Source of the DNA: Paraspadella gotoi
Taxonomy: Eukaryota; Animalia; Chaetognatha
Direction of reading: 5' to 3'
DNA: 64,000 nt
NCBI GenBank assembly: GCA_051294375.1
Contig: CM119267.1
Coordinates: forward strand, 689,601 to 753,600
In this document: in pieces, positions 47,440 through 59,524 of the stretch
Layout of the letters: every line of letters begins with the position of its first letter
How positions within the stretch are numbered: the first letter of the stretch is position 1
Position numbers and translations under genes: made by a program
Notes under the pieces: model-generated
Told to the model about the DNA's origin: nothing
The model's input: only the letters and a program-made list of their open reading frames with translations
Databases searched by the model: none

Positions 47440-50400
47440 TTACGAGTAGTTTCTCACGTTGGTGTAGCTGGACTGGCTGGAGTGACTCGAGTGGCTGGAG
47501 TAACTGGAGCGATGATTTGACTCACTGGGATCGAAACGGGATAAATGGCGACCGCGATTGTGTCTCCCGAAACTGAAATGGGAGAAAAGAAAAGAGGAAA
47601 GAAATTAGAAAAAAAGGAAAATGAAAAGAACAGAAATAGAGAAAAGTTGATCTCCCTTTTCTTTCCTCACCCTCTCGTCTGCTTTCCCAGGTAAGCGCCC
47701 GGCGTTGGTGAGTGGGGTCTCGTTGTGATGGAGAATTGAGTCCTGACGGCGCGACCGTCCACATTCATCCCAGAGCAAGAGTCTTTGGCGATGACGGCAG
47801 AATCGAGATCATCGAAGTAGACGAAGGCGAAACCGCGCGAAGTCCCTTTCATTCTGGGGAGAAGGAGGATAAAGGTCATTGGGGTCACAGTGATGAGTTT
47901 ATGTCCTACAAAAGAATCTGTTAAGAGGATCATGAATGTCATCGGGTGTCATGGATGTGTCACGATTGTAGATAGGTATGTCTTTGGAGGATCGTAGATG
48001 AGATATCATGCGATCACATACTTTGGGTACACATATTGCATAATATAACATACATAATAGAGTTACCCAAATTTTTAATTATACCAGATGAAGGGTCACG
48101 ACTCATTTTATTAGGTTCTTTTTTGTCTGAAGAAGACGATGAGACTGATAAACCTGAAAAAACTTGACCGGAAAGGAACTCTCCAGAGTTTCCAAGTGAT
48201 CGAGTACTTTTGCGGTTTTTCTTTGATCGTAATCTTACGTTTGAAATTAATTTAAAGGATTTCTTTAATAAAATAATGATTAAATCAATAGTTTTGAAAT
48301 ATATTTTTGATGTAGACTTTATATTTTTTATTAAACCTTTTATTTTTAATAAATTTTATTAATAAAATAATATTATATAATAATAAAATATAAAGATGAT
48401 CATTAATTTTTTGATAAAATACTTACTAAAAGTTATTCCTAAATTTTGTGAAGAATAAGTATGAAAACTGAAAAGGATAATATTTAGATTTTATTTATAT
48501 TAAAACCAACAATATTTTTAGAATCTGCTGAGTCTTTGCTTTTAGTAAATATCAAAAGTGGCTGACTTAAGTTATTGGAAAATGGCCCAATTACTACTTT
48601 TGTGCTATGAGTAAATATTTTTTCAAGAAATTGTGACTTTATTGTTTTTAAAAACAGATTCAAATCTAAAACAGTATTTCATAAAAAAAATTCAAGTAAA
48701 AATTTGAATCTACTTGGTCTTGCTCTTTTATTAGATGGCGAGATTGCATATATATTGATCAAGTAATGAAGTAATTTTTGCTTTGTGAATATGTATCAAA
48801 CATAATAGACTAAGGGGAAAAATATTATATTTAATTAGTATAGCTTAGTATAGATTTATAAATGGCCAAGATAAGAAGTATATGTAAAAAATTTATGCTG
48901 GAAATAGTTAGGTAAACAAACATTTTCTTCCTTCTGTTTAGATATTTTTGACTCTTTGGTGAGAATTTAGTGATGGCCTGAATGAGAGTGGTGTTGTTCA
49001 TAAGAAAGTAAATTAAAATCGGTAGAAGGCTTGCTGCGTGGTCTAACTGATGCATCAATTTTATTTTACTGCAAGTCTAAAACTAGTGTTAAACTTATAA
49101 TAAACTTACTAACTACAGTACAGTTTACTATGCTATAGTTTAAACAGAATGATCGATTAGTTCAGAACAAATCAATCAAAAACCTTCTTTCTAATGTCAA
49201 CTACAAAAAAAAAAGAAAAAAATTGAGGTTTAAACTGTATGAACCTAGTTTGATTGAATCTTATTTGACAAAACTGTAATAATTTTGAGTAAAAAAAAAA
49301 TTTAAAACTGGCGGTTTAGTTTTGTTTCGTATTTGTGGAGAATTTCCAGGACAATAGAAACATATGAAACATTATGTCAAAATAAGCTAATTGGTGGTTT
49401 TCTTATTTATAGGTTTGAATATAAAGAAAATAAAAAGTTTTAATTGGCATTAACAACGATATTTATTAACAATAAATGTTTTCGACTCTTGCTTTTATGA
49501 GTCTTACTCAGTGGTTTCACAAAGAATGTGAGGAAAAGATAGTGGTCAAAGTGAGGACATAAGGTGAGAATAAGGAAAGGAAAGAGAGTGAATGAAATAA
49601 ATAAATTGAAACTGGTAAATGAGAAGAGAGAGAGAGAATGTGAGAGGGAAAAATCATTATATTTGGCAATATCAAAAAAAGATAATTTAAATTAAGCAAA
49701 ACTTAATTTTAAACTAAAGAAATAAAATAATAACATAAAGTTGAATAAGTTCGCTAATGAGATGTAAGTAAAAATTAAATAAAGAATAAATGGTTAGAGA
49801 TGGATAGATATGTAAAAATAAGTAAAGAAAGAGCTCCAAATTGCCGCAATGTAATAATTTTTTCCCCTCTTCTTCTCTCTCTTTTTTCTTTCACCTTGTT
49901 CAAATTTATTCACTCTCTCTCCTAACCCTGTCCTTACTTTACCTGTCCTCACTCCATCCTTTTTAAATTTTTGTTGGAAACTTTCTCTCTTCTCTCACTC
50001 AAATTCAATGTTTGTGAAACAAATCTGTTGAGTTCAAACCGCTGATGAAGACTCTCGAAAAAGCAAGAGTCGAAAATAATCCGACCTTTATTGTTAATAA
50101 AATTATTGTTACTGCTAATTAAAACTTTTTCAANNNNNNNNNNNNNNNNNNNNNNNNNNNNNNNNNNNNNNNNNNNNNNNNNNNNNNNNNNNNNNNNNNN
50201 NNNNNNNNNNNNNNNNNNNNNNNNNNNNNNNNNAGCAAGAGTCGAAAATAATCCGACCTTTATTGTTAAACCATCATTATGTACGCAATCTAAAACTTTT
50301 CAATTAAATAAACATATAAAAAAGAGATTTCAACACAAGTTTTGACCATATCCTAACCTAGGTATGCATTTAATGGTACTCACCCGCCTTTTAAAATAAT

Positions 50401-53400
50401 CGAATATTTATATTTTATTATTAAAAGTTGGTCATATGATTGAATTTTTATATAATCACCTGCTGGCACAATTATGAAACATTCTAACATCTTATAATAC
50501 ATATTATCCAACATTCCTACCAAATATTATTTAAAATTATGTTAGCATAAACCGAGTTATTAAACATTTCAAATTTAATCAGATAGACTGACAGACTGAC
50601 CAACCTTACCCACCACTTAGAGAGAAAAATGATTTGAATTGCTCCCCAAGACTTGCACCCAGCTAAAAGTTATTGATAACTTTATCTAAAAACTAATATC
50701 TAATAACTTTAAAAATAATATTTTAAATTCTATATTTCTCAAGCTTTGATTTTCGGTAAAAATAAGGAATTGACTCTATTACTTGGAAGCTTTGCAGAGT
50801 TTCCTTTCCGGTCAAGTTTCTTAGGGTTTAGACAGTTTTAATATCTTTTTAAAACCAAAAGAACCTATTAAAATGAGTCGTGAAATTTCATCTTGTAATA
50901 TGTAATGATTTTTAGTAAGTTAATATACATAACTTTGGGTTATCACTGGATCACCAACGAATTCAAGGAAAAAAGGCATACCGAAGGCTTCATATTAGAA
51001 GTGTTCAACCGCGGGGACCAGTATCCCTTTCAGGGGTGGAATATCAAAATTCAAAAGTTTACTTTCATGCCAAATTTTATCAAATTTGATCTCGTAGTTT
51101 ATGAGGAACCGATTCTCGGCTTGAAAAAACGGCGTATCCTTTTCTCCAATTCAATCACAACACTTCGTCATCAAAATGGGGGCCAACCTGTCGTAGACGA
51201 TCTGAACGTCTCTCACGTAACCGAATTGACTGAAAACATCGAAGAGTTTTTGTTCTGTCGTCGAAGTTTGAAGATTGAAAACTCCGATGCAGGTTGATTC
51301 CTTTGGATTCATGCGATCACCTGTTCAAGGGGCGGTTGGAAGGCGGGGGCGGTTGGGAGGCTCAAGCTTTTTTGTTGACGAACTTAATGAGCGGTCAAAC
51401 TTTTTACATCCTTTCGTTTGAATCCATTAAATTCCAATTTTTCTCTTAAATTTTATTTTCAACAAAAATTGATTTAAATATTTAACATAGAAAAAATATC
51501 ATAACAAATAAGCTGGGTTGGCAAAAACCTGTTTTTTTTTTAAAAAACCCAGCCCACTGGTTTTTTTTGGTTTTTTTTGGGTTTTATTGGGTTTTTTTAG
51601 GTTTTTTTAAATTATAGATAGCAGACTGTCATATTAATTCTTTTTAATATACAAATTTAAAATATTTATACTTCTTAAGTGATTACTGAAAAAAAATTTA
51701 AAAATATACTGATTATATTTAATAATAGTATTAATTAATTAATATTTTTTATGGTAAAGAGAAATGTAATAAATATAAATATTATATTTTCTGAATAAAA
51801 CCTGTTATGAAAAAAGTGTATAAACTTAATTTTATTAGAAAAATTGAAGTACATCTTTAGTACATGTTTTTTCCGAACCTGTCTTTTGGGCTAAAAATAA
51901 ATTTTGATGTTCGGATACAATATTTGAGTTAATAAATTATTAAGGTGTTTAATTTATGGTTCCAAATGGAACCGGGATTCTTCATGGTTCTTCCCCACCA
52001 ACAAAGTGAGCATCTGCTCTGCAAACGCGACATCTCCCGAGAGAAAAATCGAAGAGGAAACCTCCTCTTTCCCCGCCTTCTCTTCCCCCTCCCCGTACGC
52101 TACCTCAGTACGCCGACACGAGACAGAATCACTCGTAACCAAGCAAACCAGAGGGGGGAATCCCGCGAAGACTTCCGGTGAAGCGCCACGCCCACTTGAC
52201 CGGACGTCGTAGAAGGGGGGGATGAGAAACCGCAAAAAAACCAGTCCATGGACGAAAGCCGGGCCTGGGAAAACTGACGGCCGGACGAGGCAACACGGCC
52301 GAAAGAGCTGTCGGGCTTAGTCGGCGTCCTTAGACGTCCCTGGAGCCCCGCCCTACGCTTGGGAGGCGGCGAAGACTTGCGAGGCCGGTAGGGACGGCGA
52401 GACTCGACTGCCACGCCCACGCTTGCGGCTAGCAAAAGGGCGCAATTTGTGTTGGCGCCCGGAGCGGAGAAAGCGAAGAATGGAACGCTTGAGTGACGTC
52501 TGTGGAGGCGGTCTCTCGAAGGGCGAGAACTGGACAGAACTGACTTGAGATCCGAAGGGCCAGCGTCGACAACTAAGCGCCGAGACTCGCGAGAGGGCCA
52601 GAACCAAAAATCCGCCGCAACCCCGACGAGGCGTCTCCAAGGGGCTTGGCAAGATCGTCAAGGTGCCTGCGTCCACTGCACCGGCCCTCTCGGGAGCGAA
52701 GGGCCTCAACCATGAGGCAGAGAGCGTCAGCGACAGAAAGGACAGCCATGAGCGGACGCTCCGGCGTCCCTCATGCATGGCGCTCAAAAGCACTTGAAAG
52801 CGCGCGTCGTCTGGAGTCCTTCCGCAACGGCGGTCGAACTGAGCAGCAAGGCAACTCTCGAGCAGGGAGGACGAAAATCCGCCGGCGAAGAGAACATCCG
52901 ACCACGCCGCGAAACGCGTATTGGCGGAAACGCACGCGCGCACGAACGTCGCGGAAATAGAAGAACTGGTCGTCCTGGCCAACTCTGCGCAAATCCCTCC
53001 ACTGATGAACCCACTCCGAAGGCTGTACAGAAGCACGACGAGACAAGAAGTTTGTCAAACCCCGCAGCAGACTCTTCAGAGGAGGAACCCTCCTCTGATC
53101 CGGAAACGGAGGCGTCGTCGTCGACTTGCGCAGACGGGCTCGACGAGGAAGGCGTGACGCAGCATACCCGCTCGGAGCGTGAAGGCCGATCCGCCGCCAA
53201 AGAGGCCGCCAAAGAACGCGAAGACTCCAAGTCGCTGCCGAACAAAACGAAGCACTGACAGAGAACGGCGAAATGGCGAACAGAGGCGTCCAGAACCATG
53301 AAGAAAACGTACATGCGAAAAAAAAAAAAAGAAATCATTGAAAAATGACAGTCTCAAAAAAAAAACCCCCAAAAAACACCCCACCAAACAAGACAGCGAG

Positions 53401-55262
53401 CCTGAGCCGCCCTCCACCACCGGTGGTGGCCAGGGGTGGACGGTGGGTGGTGGTTGGTGGGAAAACATAAGAATCCCGGTTCATTTGGAACCATAAATTC
53501 TATCATGTGTTTCTTCCCCACCAACAAAGTGAGCCTGTAACAAGACCAGGCGAAGGCCCGACAAAAACAAACAAACAAACAAGTCGAGTTAGGTGGGGCA
53601 CAGGAGGAAAACCCCTCTGTACGCCGAATGTACGCCAAAAAAAGGCGAAAAACAAAAACGAAAAGAAAGAAGAACTCACCGCCGAAGACTCTCCAACTCG
53701 GAACGAGACGCAGGGCGAAACTCCTTAAATTCGCGACGGAACGCTAGAAAGAGCGTTGCTAATTTGGAGAAGAACTGCCTCCATCTGAAGGGGCATGACT
53801 TCGGCCTGACCAGAAAAAGCCCGGAATGGCTGATGGGGAGGCGTGGAGGCGGCGGTGGAGGCGGCGGCGAAGGCGGCGGCGGAAGAGACATGAGCGGTAT
53901 CTGAGTTGAAAACACGCGCCTCAGTCCAAAAAAACGGAGAGCACTGGACAAACAAGGGGCCGAAAACAAGGTTCTTCCCCCCTTGCAGCCGTACTAAGCG
54001 CCGTGGGCAAACGAGAGGGCCGAGTCGCGGCCTCTTCCCTCCGCAGCCGCGCAGGGTGCGTCGAGGGCAAGCGAAAGGGCCGATGTCAAGGCTCTTCCTC
54101 CGAAGGCCACGCACAACGAAGACGAAAAAGATGGCGGCGCGTGAAGAGAAAAACTTCAAAAAGCCACGTGTTGAACTGTATCTGAAACTCAAAAAAAGAA
54201 AACGAAAAATATGCAAAATTATTCAACAAAATAATCAAAAAATATTTTCGTAAAAACCGAGACTGTGAGCGCAAAAGCGCGAACAGAAGAAGTGATTTCT
54301 GTCTCGTTGGCGTACTGAGTGATCAGCTTACGGGAGGGAAGAGTAAGAGGCGGGGAAGAGAGGTTTCTCTTCGTTTTCTCTCTGGGAGATGTCGTCGCTG
54401 TTTGCTTAGAGCAGAGTGATCCTACCTTTGCTCTTGGGTGGGAAGAACAACATGATAGAATTAAGCTAAGATTTTTTCTTACGTCTAAATATTATTTTCC
54501 TGCATTCTCTTACTTTACTCCTGGTTAGGATACCTTTTCAGAAAACTCTTTAACGTGTGACAAATATTCAAATATATATTATATTGAAGTTAATTTTTTT
54601 CTGATAAATAGCTTTAAAAGAACCCTAACCTTGGTTAAATAATAACGAAGAATAGCAATCATTTTAATGTGTTGCTCTTAACATAATTTGCGATTCACGA
54701 TTAGATTACTTAATATAAGGAAAATGGAACAGAAGCCAGCAACGAATTGATACTGATAGTAAACATGTAAAACATAGGTTTAGGGTTATTTTTTATCATT
54801 AAAATATATATTAAGCTTTGTAAAAATTATAGATCTTATATGATTTAAATTTTTTCTTCAACAATTTAATGTTTCATATTAAAAAATTTAAGTAATTTTA
54901 AAAAACACAAAAAAACCCCAAAAAATCCACTTTTTAGTGGGTTTTTTGGTTTTTTTTAGCTGGGTTTTTTTTGGTTTTTTTTGGGTGGGTTTTTTAATGC
55001 CAACCCTGCAAATAAGTAAAATCATAAATATTTTAAAAAGTGAAACAAGTAATTTTGCAATATTCATACTGATTAAAATAAAGAATAAAGTGGTGGCTGA
55101 CCGTCGTGACGCCGTCGGTTGGACAAAGGAGATCGAGATGTTGTTCTCTCATGACGACGAGAAGAGGAGGAGGAGGAGAAACCGAGAGATCGAGGGGAAA
55201 CGCGATGAGGGCGAGTGGATCGAGAATTGGAGCGGGAATTGGAGCGGGAATTGGAGCCAGAC
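47440..55262 (-). CDS. tra2: Transformer-2 (Tra2) RRM splicing factor; 5' end unresolved
   Basis: Exons 55262-55102, 51320-51188, 47853-47671 and 47572-47440 join in phase: SRSPLSNRRRHDGDRMNPKESTCIGVFNL...IVYDRMKGTSRGFAFVYF...DGRAVRTQFSITTRPHSPTPGAYLG. This matches the Tra2-specific pre-RRM and post-RRM linker motifs. Confidence 0.93.
48060..50948. mobile_element. Degenerate DNA element with ~170-bp inverted ends in a tra2 intron
   Basis: 48080-48230 (cacgactcattttattaggttctt...cttgaccggaaaggaact) is reverse-complemented at 50770-50900. No clear TSD. Confidence 0.5.
51513..55008. mobile_element. Non-autonomous hAT element (3.5 kb) with GC-rich cargo, filling a tra2 intron
   Basis: Perfect 8-bp TSD CAAATAAG (51505-51512, 55009-55016); TIR CTGGGTTGGCA / TGCCAACCCTG; subterminal (G)nT-run repeats. 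Confidence 0.9.
51945..54370 (-). pseudogene. GC-rich degenerate retroelement-like cargo (possibly DIRS-like)
   Basis: Broken ORFs with LQGRLR...W..GFLIP, reminiscent of DIRS pre-RT sequence. Inverted repeat 51951-51999 / 53456-53499 plus direct repeat ttcttccccaccaacaaagtgagc (51988, 53511). No intact RT or YR motif seen. Confidence 0.3.
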
Positions 55263-55752
55263 CTGGAGTCAAAGAAAAATAGTAGTTTGATTATGAGGTG
55301 GACCTTACGTCGGATTCTTGGACTCCAATAGAGTAGTTCGAGTTTCGAGTTGAGATTAACAGAGGAGGATTTAGCCTGCCGTCCAATTCTCCTCTTCCTC
55401 TTCTTTCATCCTCCTCCTGCCCCTCAGTATATTTTGTCTAGCGATACATTCTCTCGTTTCTACTCTTCGCTAAATATACCATTATTTTCCCTCTATTTCT
55501 TCACGCCTTCAATACCCATCAAGATTAACAATTGATGCAAGACTAAAAACGGAAATTATTGGAGGATGTCCACCTTGATACAGCATCGATGCAGGCAAAC
55601 AGATTAAAGCATCCAAGTCGATGTGCAGTAAACGCACCGCTTGGGTTGCAACCCGACGGGAATTTGACGAACTGTCCCTTTTACTTACCTCACTTTCCGC
55701 TTGAGCTGCAGTCGGACGGCGAATTCAAAAATCTCCCTGTCCCTCTACTAAC

Positions 55753-56030
55753 CTGACTCGCCGCTTGGGTTGCAGCCGAGCGGCGAATTCTACGAGTAGC
55801 CTCTTCTGACCGATGGTGATACTCTTTTTGTCCGCGAGAGTCTCGATGTCTTTGTGAGAAAGAATTCGGAGACTCGCGTCGGTGGCGACGTCTTCGTCTT
55901 CGAGCGCGGCGATCGTCTTCGCCGTAAAGCCCGCTTCTTTCAGCTTCTCCACGAATTCTTCGCCGCTTAATTTTGGCTTCAAATCTTCCGTCGTCATTTT
56001 TAAAAGTTTTTCGTCTTTGTACTCTTGCAT
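55753..56030 (-). CDS. SAM-domain-like exon (possible first coding exon of tra2 or a separate small gene)
   Basis: EKLKEAGFTAKTIAALEDEDVATDASLRILSHKDIETL...ITIGQKRLLVEFAARL fits the SAM pattern (..F.EEEID...L..L...DL.EL.I.LG.RKKI). Donor AG|gttagt at 55753. Confidence 0.6.
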
Positions 56031-56242
56031 TATTAAGGGGACGGAAACGACATCTTGGTCGTTGGTCGGTCTTCAATCTCTCTGGAACTGACTCGGATTC
56101 AATCCCATTTAATTTTTTATAAATATCGTATTTAATTGTCAATATTTCTTAATTCAATTCAAATTAAAAACCTAGAAAAAAGAAAAAGCGAATAAATATC
56201 GTAACAACGAACTGTATTTATTACCGATAAACAAAGAAAATG

Positions 56243-56737
56243 TTAATAGAGCTTAAGATGACCAGTGACCCGGTCAATGATGACCGCTGGACCGGGTCCA
56301 ACGGCCAATACGGTCATTGACCCCGCGGCGATTTGAGTTCTTCCCGCATCAAATATGAGACTCGTGACGAGATGCTTGGCCTTCGCCTCCGCCTCCAGCG
56401 CTTCCATCTGCTCTTCCGTCTCCGCCTTGAGGGTGATCTTGGCCTGCCCTTCTCTCTCCCACTTTTTGAGAAGCTCGGGCTGCATTCGGGCTGCCCGCTT
56501 GTACGCCCCCACGGCTGCGTGGGCGCATTGAGCCGCCGCCTTTCCTTTCCCCATTTTGAGATCTTGTCGAACGACGAGAACCATTTTCGCTTCGCCGCCG
56601 GAAAAGTCGGCGGCGGAGTCGGCGGCGGAGTCAGCGGCGACGGCGGCGGCGGAGCGAGTCAAAGATCGAAGGTAAAAACCGATGGCGACGCCGGCCAAAC
56701 CGGAAAGGATCGACATCGCAAGGTTGTTCACCTCCAT
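56243..56737 (-). CDS. PTRH2: Peptidyl-tRNA hydrolase 2 (Pth2/Bit1), single exon
   Basis: N-terminal TM; [24 protein letters not shown]; [21 protein letters not shown]; [14 protein letters not shown] ~20 nt after the stop. Confidence 0.97.
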   Translation of the reverse strand: MEVNNLAMSILSGLAGVAIGFYLRSLTRSAAAVAADSAADSAADFSGGEAKMVLVVRQDLKMGKGKAAAQCAHAAVGAYKRAARMQPELLKKWEREGQAKITLKAETEEQMEALEAEAKAKHLVTSLIFDAGRTQIAAGSMTVLAVGPGPAVIIDRVTGHLKLY

Positions 56738-56971
56738 TTATAACATTTATTATCACTGATAATGAAAAAATAAGAAAAAACGGCGGGTAAAATCCGCAAA
56801 AACATTTGTTAACGCGAACAATAGTTTTTAAACAATAACTTTAAACAAAACGGACGAGGAAATCAAAAGAATTTCTCGCCCTAAAAAACTTTTTTTTTTT
56901 CAAAAATAAAAATAAGAATTTCGAATTTATAAAACTCGAAAAGTCGTTCTGTCCGACGGACGTTTTAAAAT

Positions 56972-58909
56972 TCAAAAATCCGGCGACGAAAGCCCCGCCT
57001 GCTCAATCTCGTCTCTTAATTGGTCGACGCTCTCCTCCAATCGCGGCGTCGATCGACGCAAATTGGAAATATTTCGCTTCTTTTCGTTTTCGTCGGAAGC
57101 GAAGAGAGAGACGAGGACGAAGGCGCCGGCGGGGAATCCCGAGCGGACGCATCGACGGGAAAGATCTTCGATGTTTATCTCGAAGGCTTGGAGGGGGGGA
57201 GGGAGTGGGGGAGGAAGGGGAGGGAGGGGGGAAGAACGAGGGGAAAATAAAGAAGAGGAGAAATAAATTAAAGAAAAAAGGAATCCGAGTCGAGCATCAT
57301 TCAAATCAGTCGACGGACGAATGGAGAAAAGGGTGAAGGCGGCCAATACTAACCCAAAGGATAAGAGTGGATGACGTTGAGCGCCTCGACGAACCGTTGG
57401 GCGCCGTCGGGTCCGAGAGGCGGCGCCAGTTCCGTCAGAGGTCGATGGATGAGAATTTGGAAGACGGAATCACGGATGGACTTAAGGTCGCGGGAGATGA
57501 AGACCTGGAGGGGGAGGAGGAAGAGGGAAGAGGGGAAGGGAGGAGGAAGAGGGAAGAGGGGAAGGGAGGAGGAAGAGAGGGGAGAGAAAGGGAGAAGGAG
57601 GAAGAGGTGAAAGGAGAGAAAGAGGAAAAAAGAAAATAAAAGAGGAATAAAAAGGAAACCATATATATTAGTTTCAAAGGCCTCTCTCTCCTCAAAGGGA
57701 CCAACCTGGACGAGCTTATCGCTCCTCACAATGGCGGCGAAGGTGGCGGCGAGGAGGTCACGGTCTCCGCCGCCGCCGCCGACCAACGACTTGAAGACAT
57801 CCTTGAGGAGGGCGGGGCTAGGGATCTCGTACTCGAGGCAAAGGTCACGGGCGAGGCGGACGGCGCGCTCGTCGTGGCGGAACTGAAAGAAGGGGGGGGA
57901 GGATTGTGGTCTTGGGCGATGGTGACTCGACACACGAAAGTAATCAATACTGAGTCACTGACCTTTTGCAAAATAAGTTGCGCCATCAAATGTTTGTCTT
58001 TGGCGTCGAATCTCTCGACTGTCGATCGGAAGTTGAGTTGATCCAAGACCGACAGATGTCGGTGACTGCGAAGACGATTTTCGACCGACGAACGAGAAAA
58101 TCCAAAATGCGTCTGAAAGAGAAAATTTTGATAAAGAACAAATCTGGACGAGTGGAGATCCTGATTATTATTATTAATATTATTATTATTATCATCGATA
58201 AGAAAAATAGAAATTATTTTGCTCCCTGACTTTATTTTGAAGATATTATAAAATTTGAATAAAATGTTAAAAAGAGGCGCAACTGTTTCCATCTCTCCTC
58301 CAGCATCTCCTCGTCTTCTACCATCTCACCTCCAGCATCTCCACGTCTTCTACCATCTCACCTCCAGCATCTCCTCGTCTTTCTACCATCTCACCTCCAG
58401 CATCTCCACGTCTTCTACTATCTCACCTCCAGCATCTCCTAGTCTTCTACCATCTCACCTCTAGCATCTCCTCGTCTTCTACCAACTCACCTCCAGTATC
58501 TCCTCGTCTTCTACCATCTCACCTCCAGCATCTCCACGTCTTCTACCATCTCACCTCCAGCATCTCCTCGTCTTCTACCATCTCACCTCCAGCATCTCCT
58601 CGTTTCTACCATCTCACCTCCAGCATCTCCTCGTCTTCTACCAGCGCCAAAACGCATCTCAAGATCCTCGACGATCCTTTGTGGGTCACGTCGGCGACTT
58701 CGTACATCCTCTTGAGCCGAACGCAGATAGAGACAGAGTCGCGCGCCGAAAGGAGGAAGATGGCGCGGCGGAGGTTATCCTCATCCTCTTCCTCTTCGTT
58801 GATTCGACGTTGATGAACGAGAATCGAAGTAGAGACGGTTTGATCGAGATCTCCAGCGGAAAGAGAGACGGAGGGAATCCATTCCTAGAGGGATTTCAGG
58901 GATGTGTCA

Positions 58910-58962
<53 letters not shown>

Positions 58963-59482
58963 TCCAACAAGGAATCCTTCCAGGCCTCCACCTCCTCTCT
59001 CTCAATCGCCCAAATCTCTGCCACTCTCTCCACAGCCTCGTCCACTTCCTCCACAGCCCTGACACCCTTTGCCCCTTGGACCGCGTAGAGGGCGCGAAAG
59101 AGGTGCTGAGGCTGATCGGCGAAGTCGTTGGTTTCGGTGGAAGCGAATCCGGAGACGTGAAGGATGCGAAGAGTAGCGAGACGACGATATTGTTCCATCC
59201 AGGATTCCTCTCTGAATGTCATAAAGTAATTTTAATAAATTACTATTAAGTTATTGTTAAGTAACTGATAACGCAATGAGAGAGCATTATTAAAACTTAA
59301 GAAATGTTAAATAAAAAATTTAGAGGTTAAGAATAACCCTAGCTTGAGCCCTGGTGCTGTTTCTCTATGAGTGTTGGAGACGGCATCGTGTTCGTAAAAT
59401 TGTGTTAAGTATCAGACAAGGGGAAACAATTGTTATCGCAGAAAGGGAGGAAACTGCCATAGAGTGGCAAGAGACAAGAGGG

Positions 59483-59524
<42 letters not shown>

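Noticed and set aside
52646-54253. Plus-strand GC-rich ORFs as host genes
   Set aside because: Overlapping ORFs in all frames owing to high GC, inside a TSD-bounded transposon, with no domain recognised.
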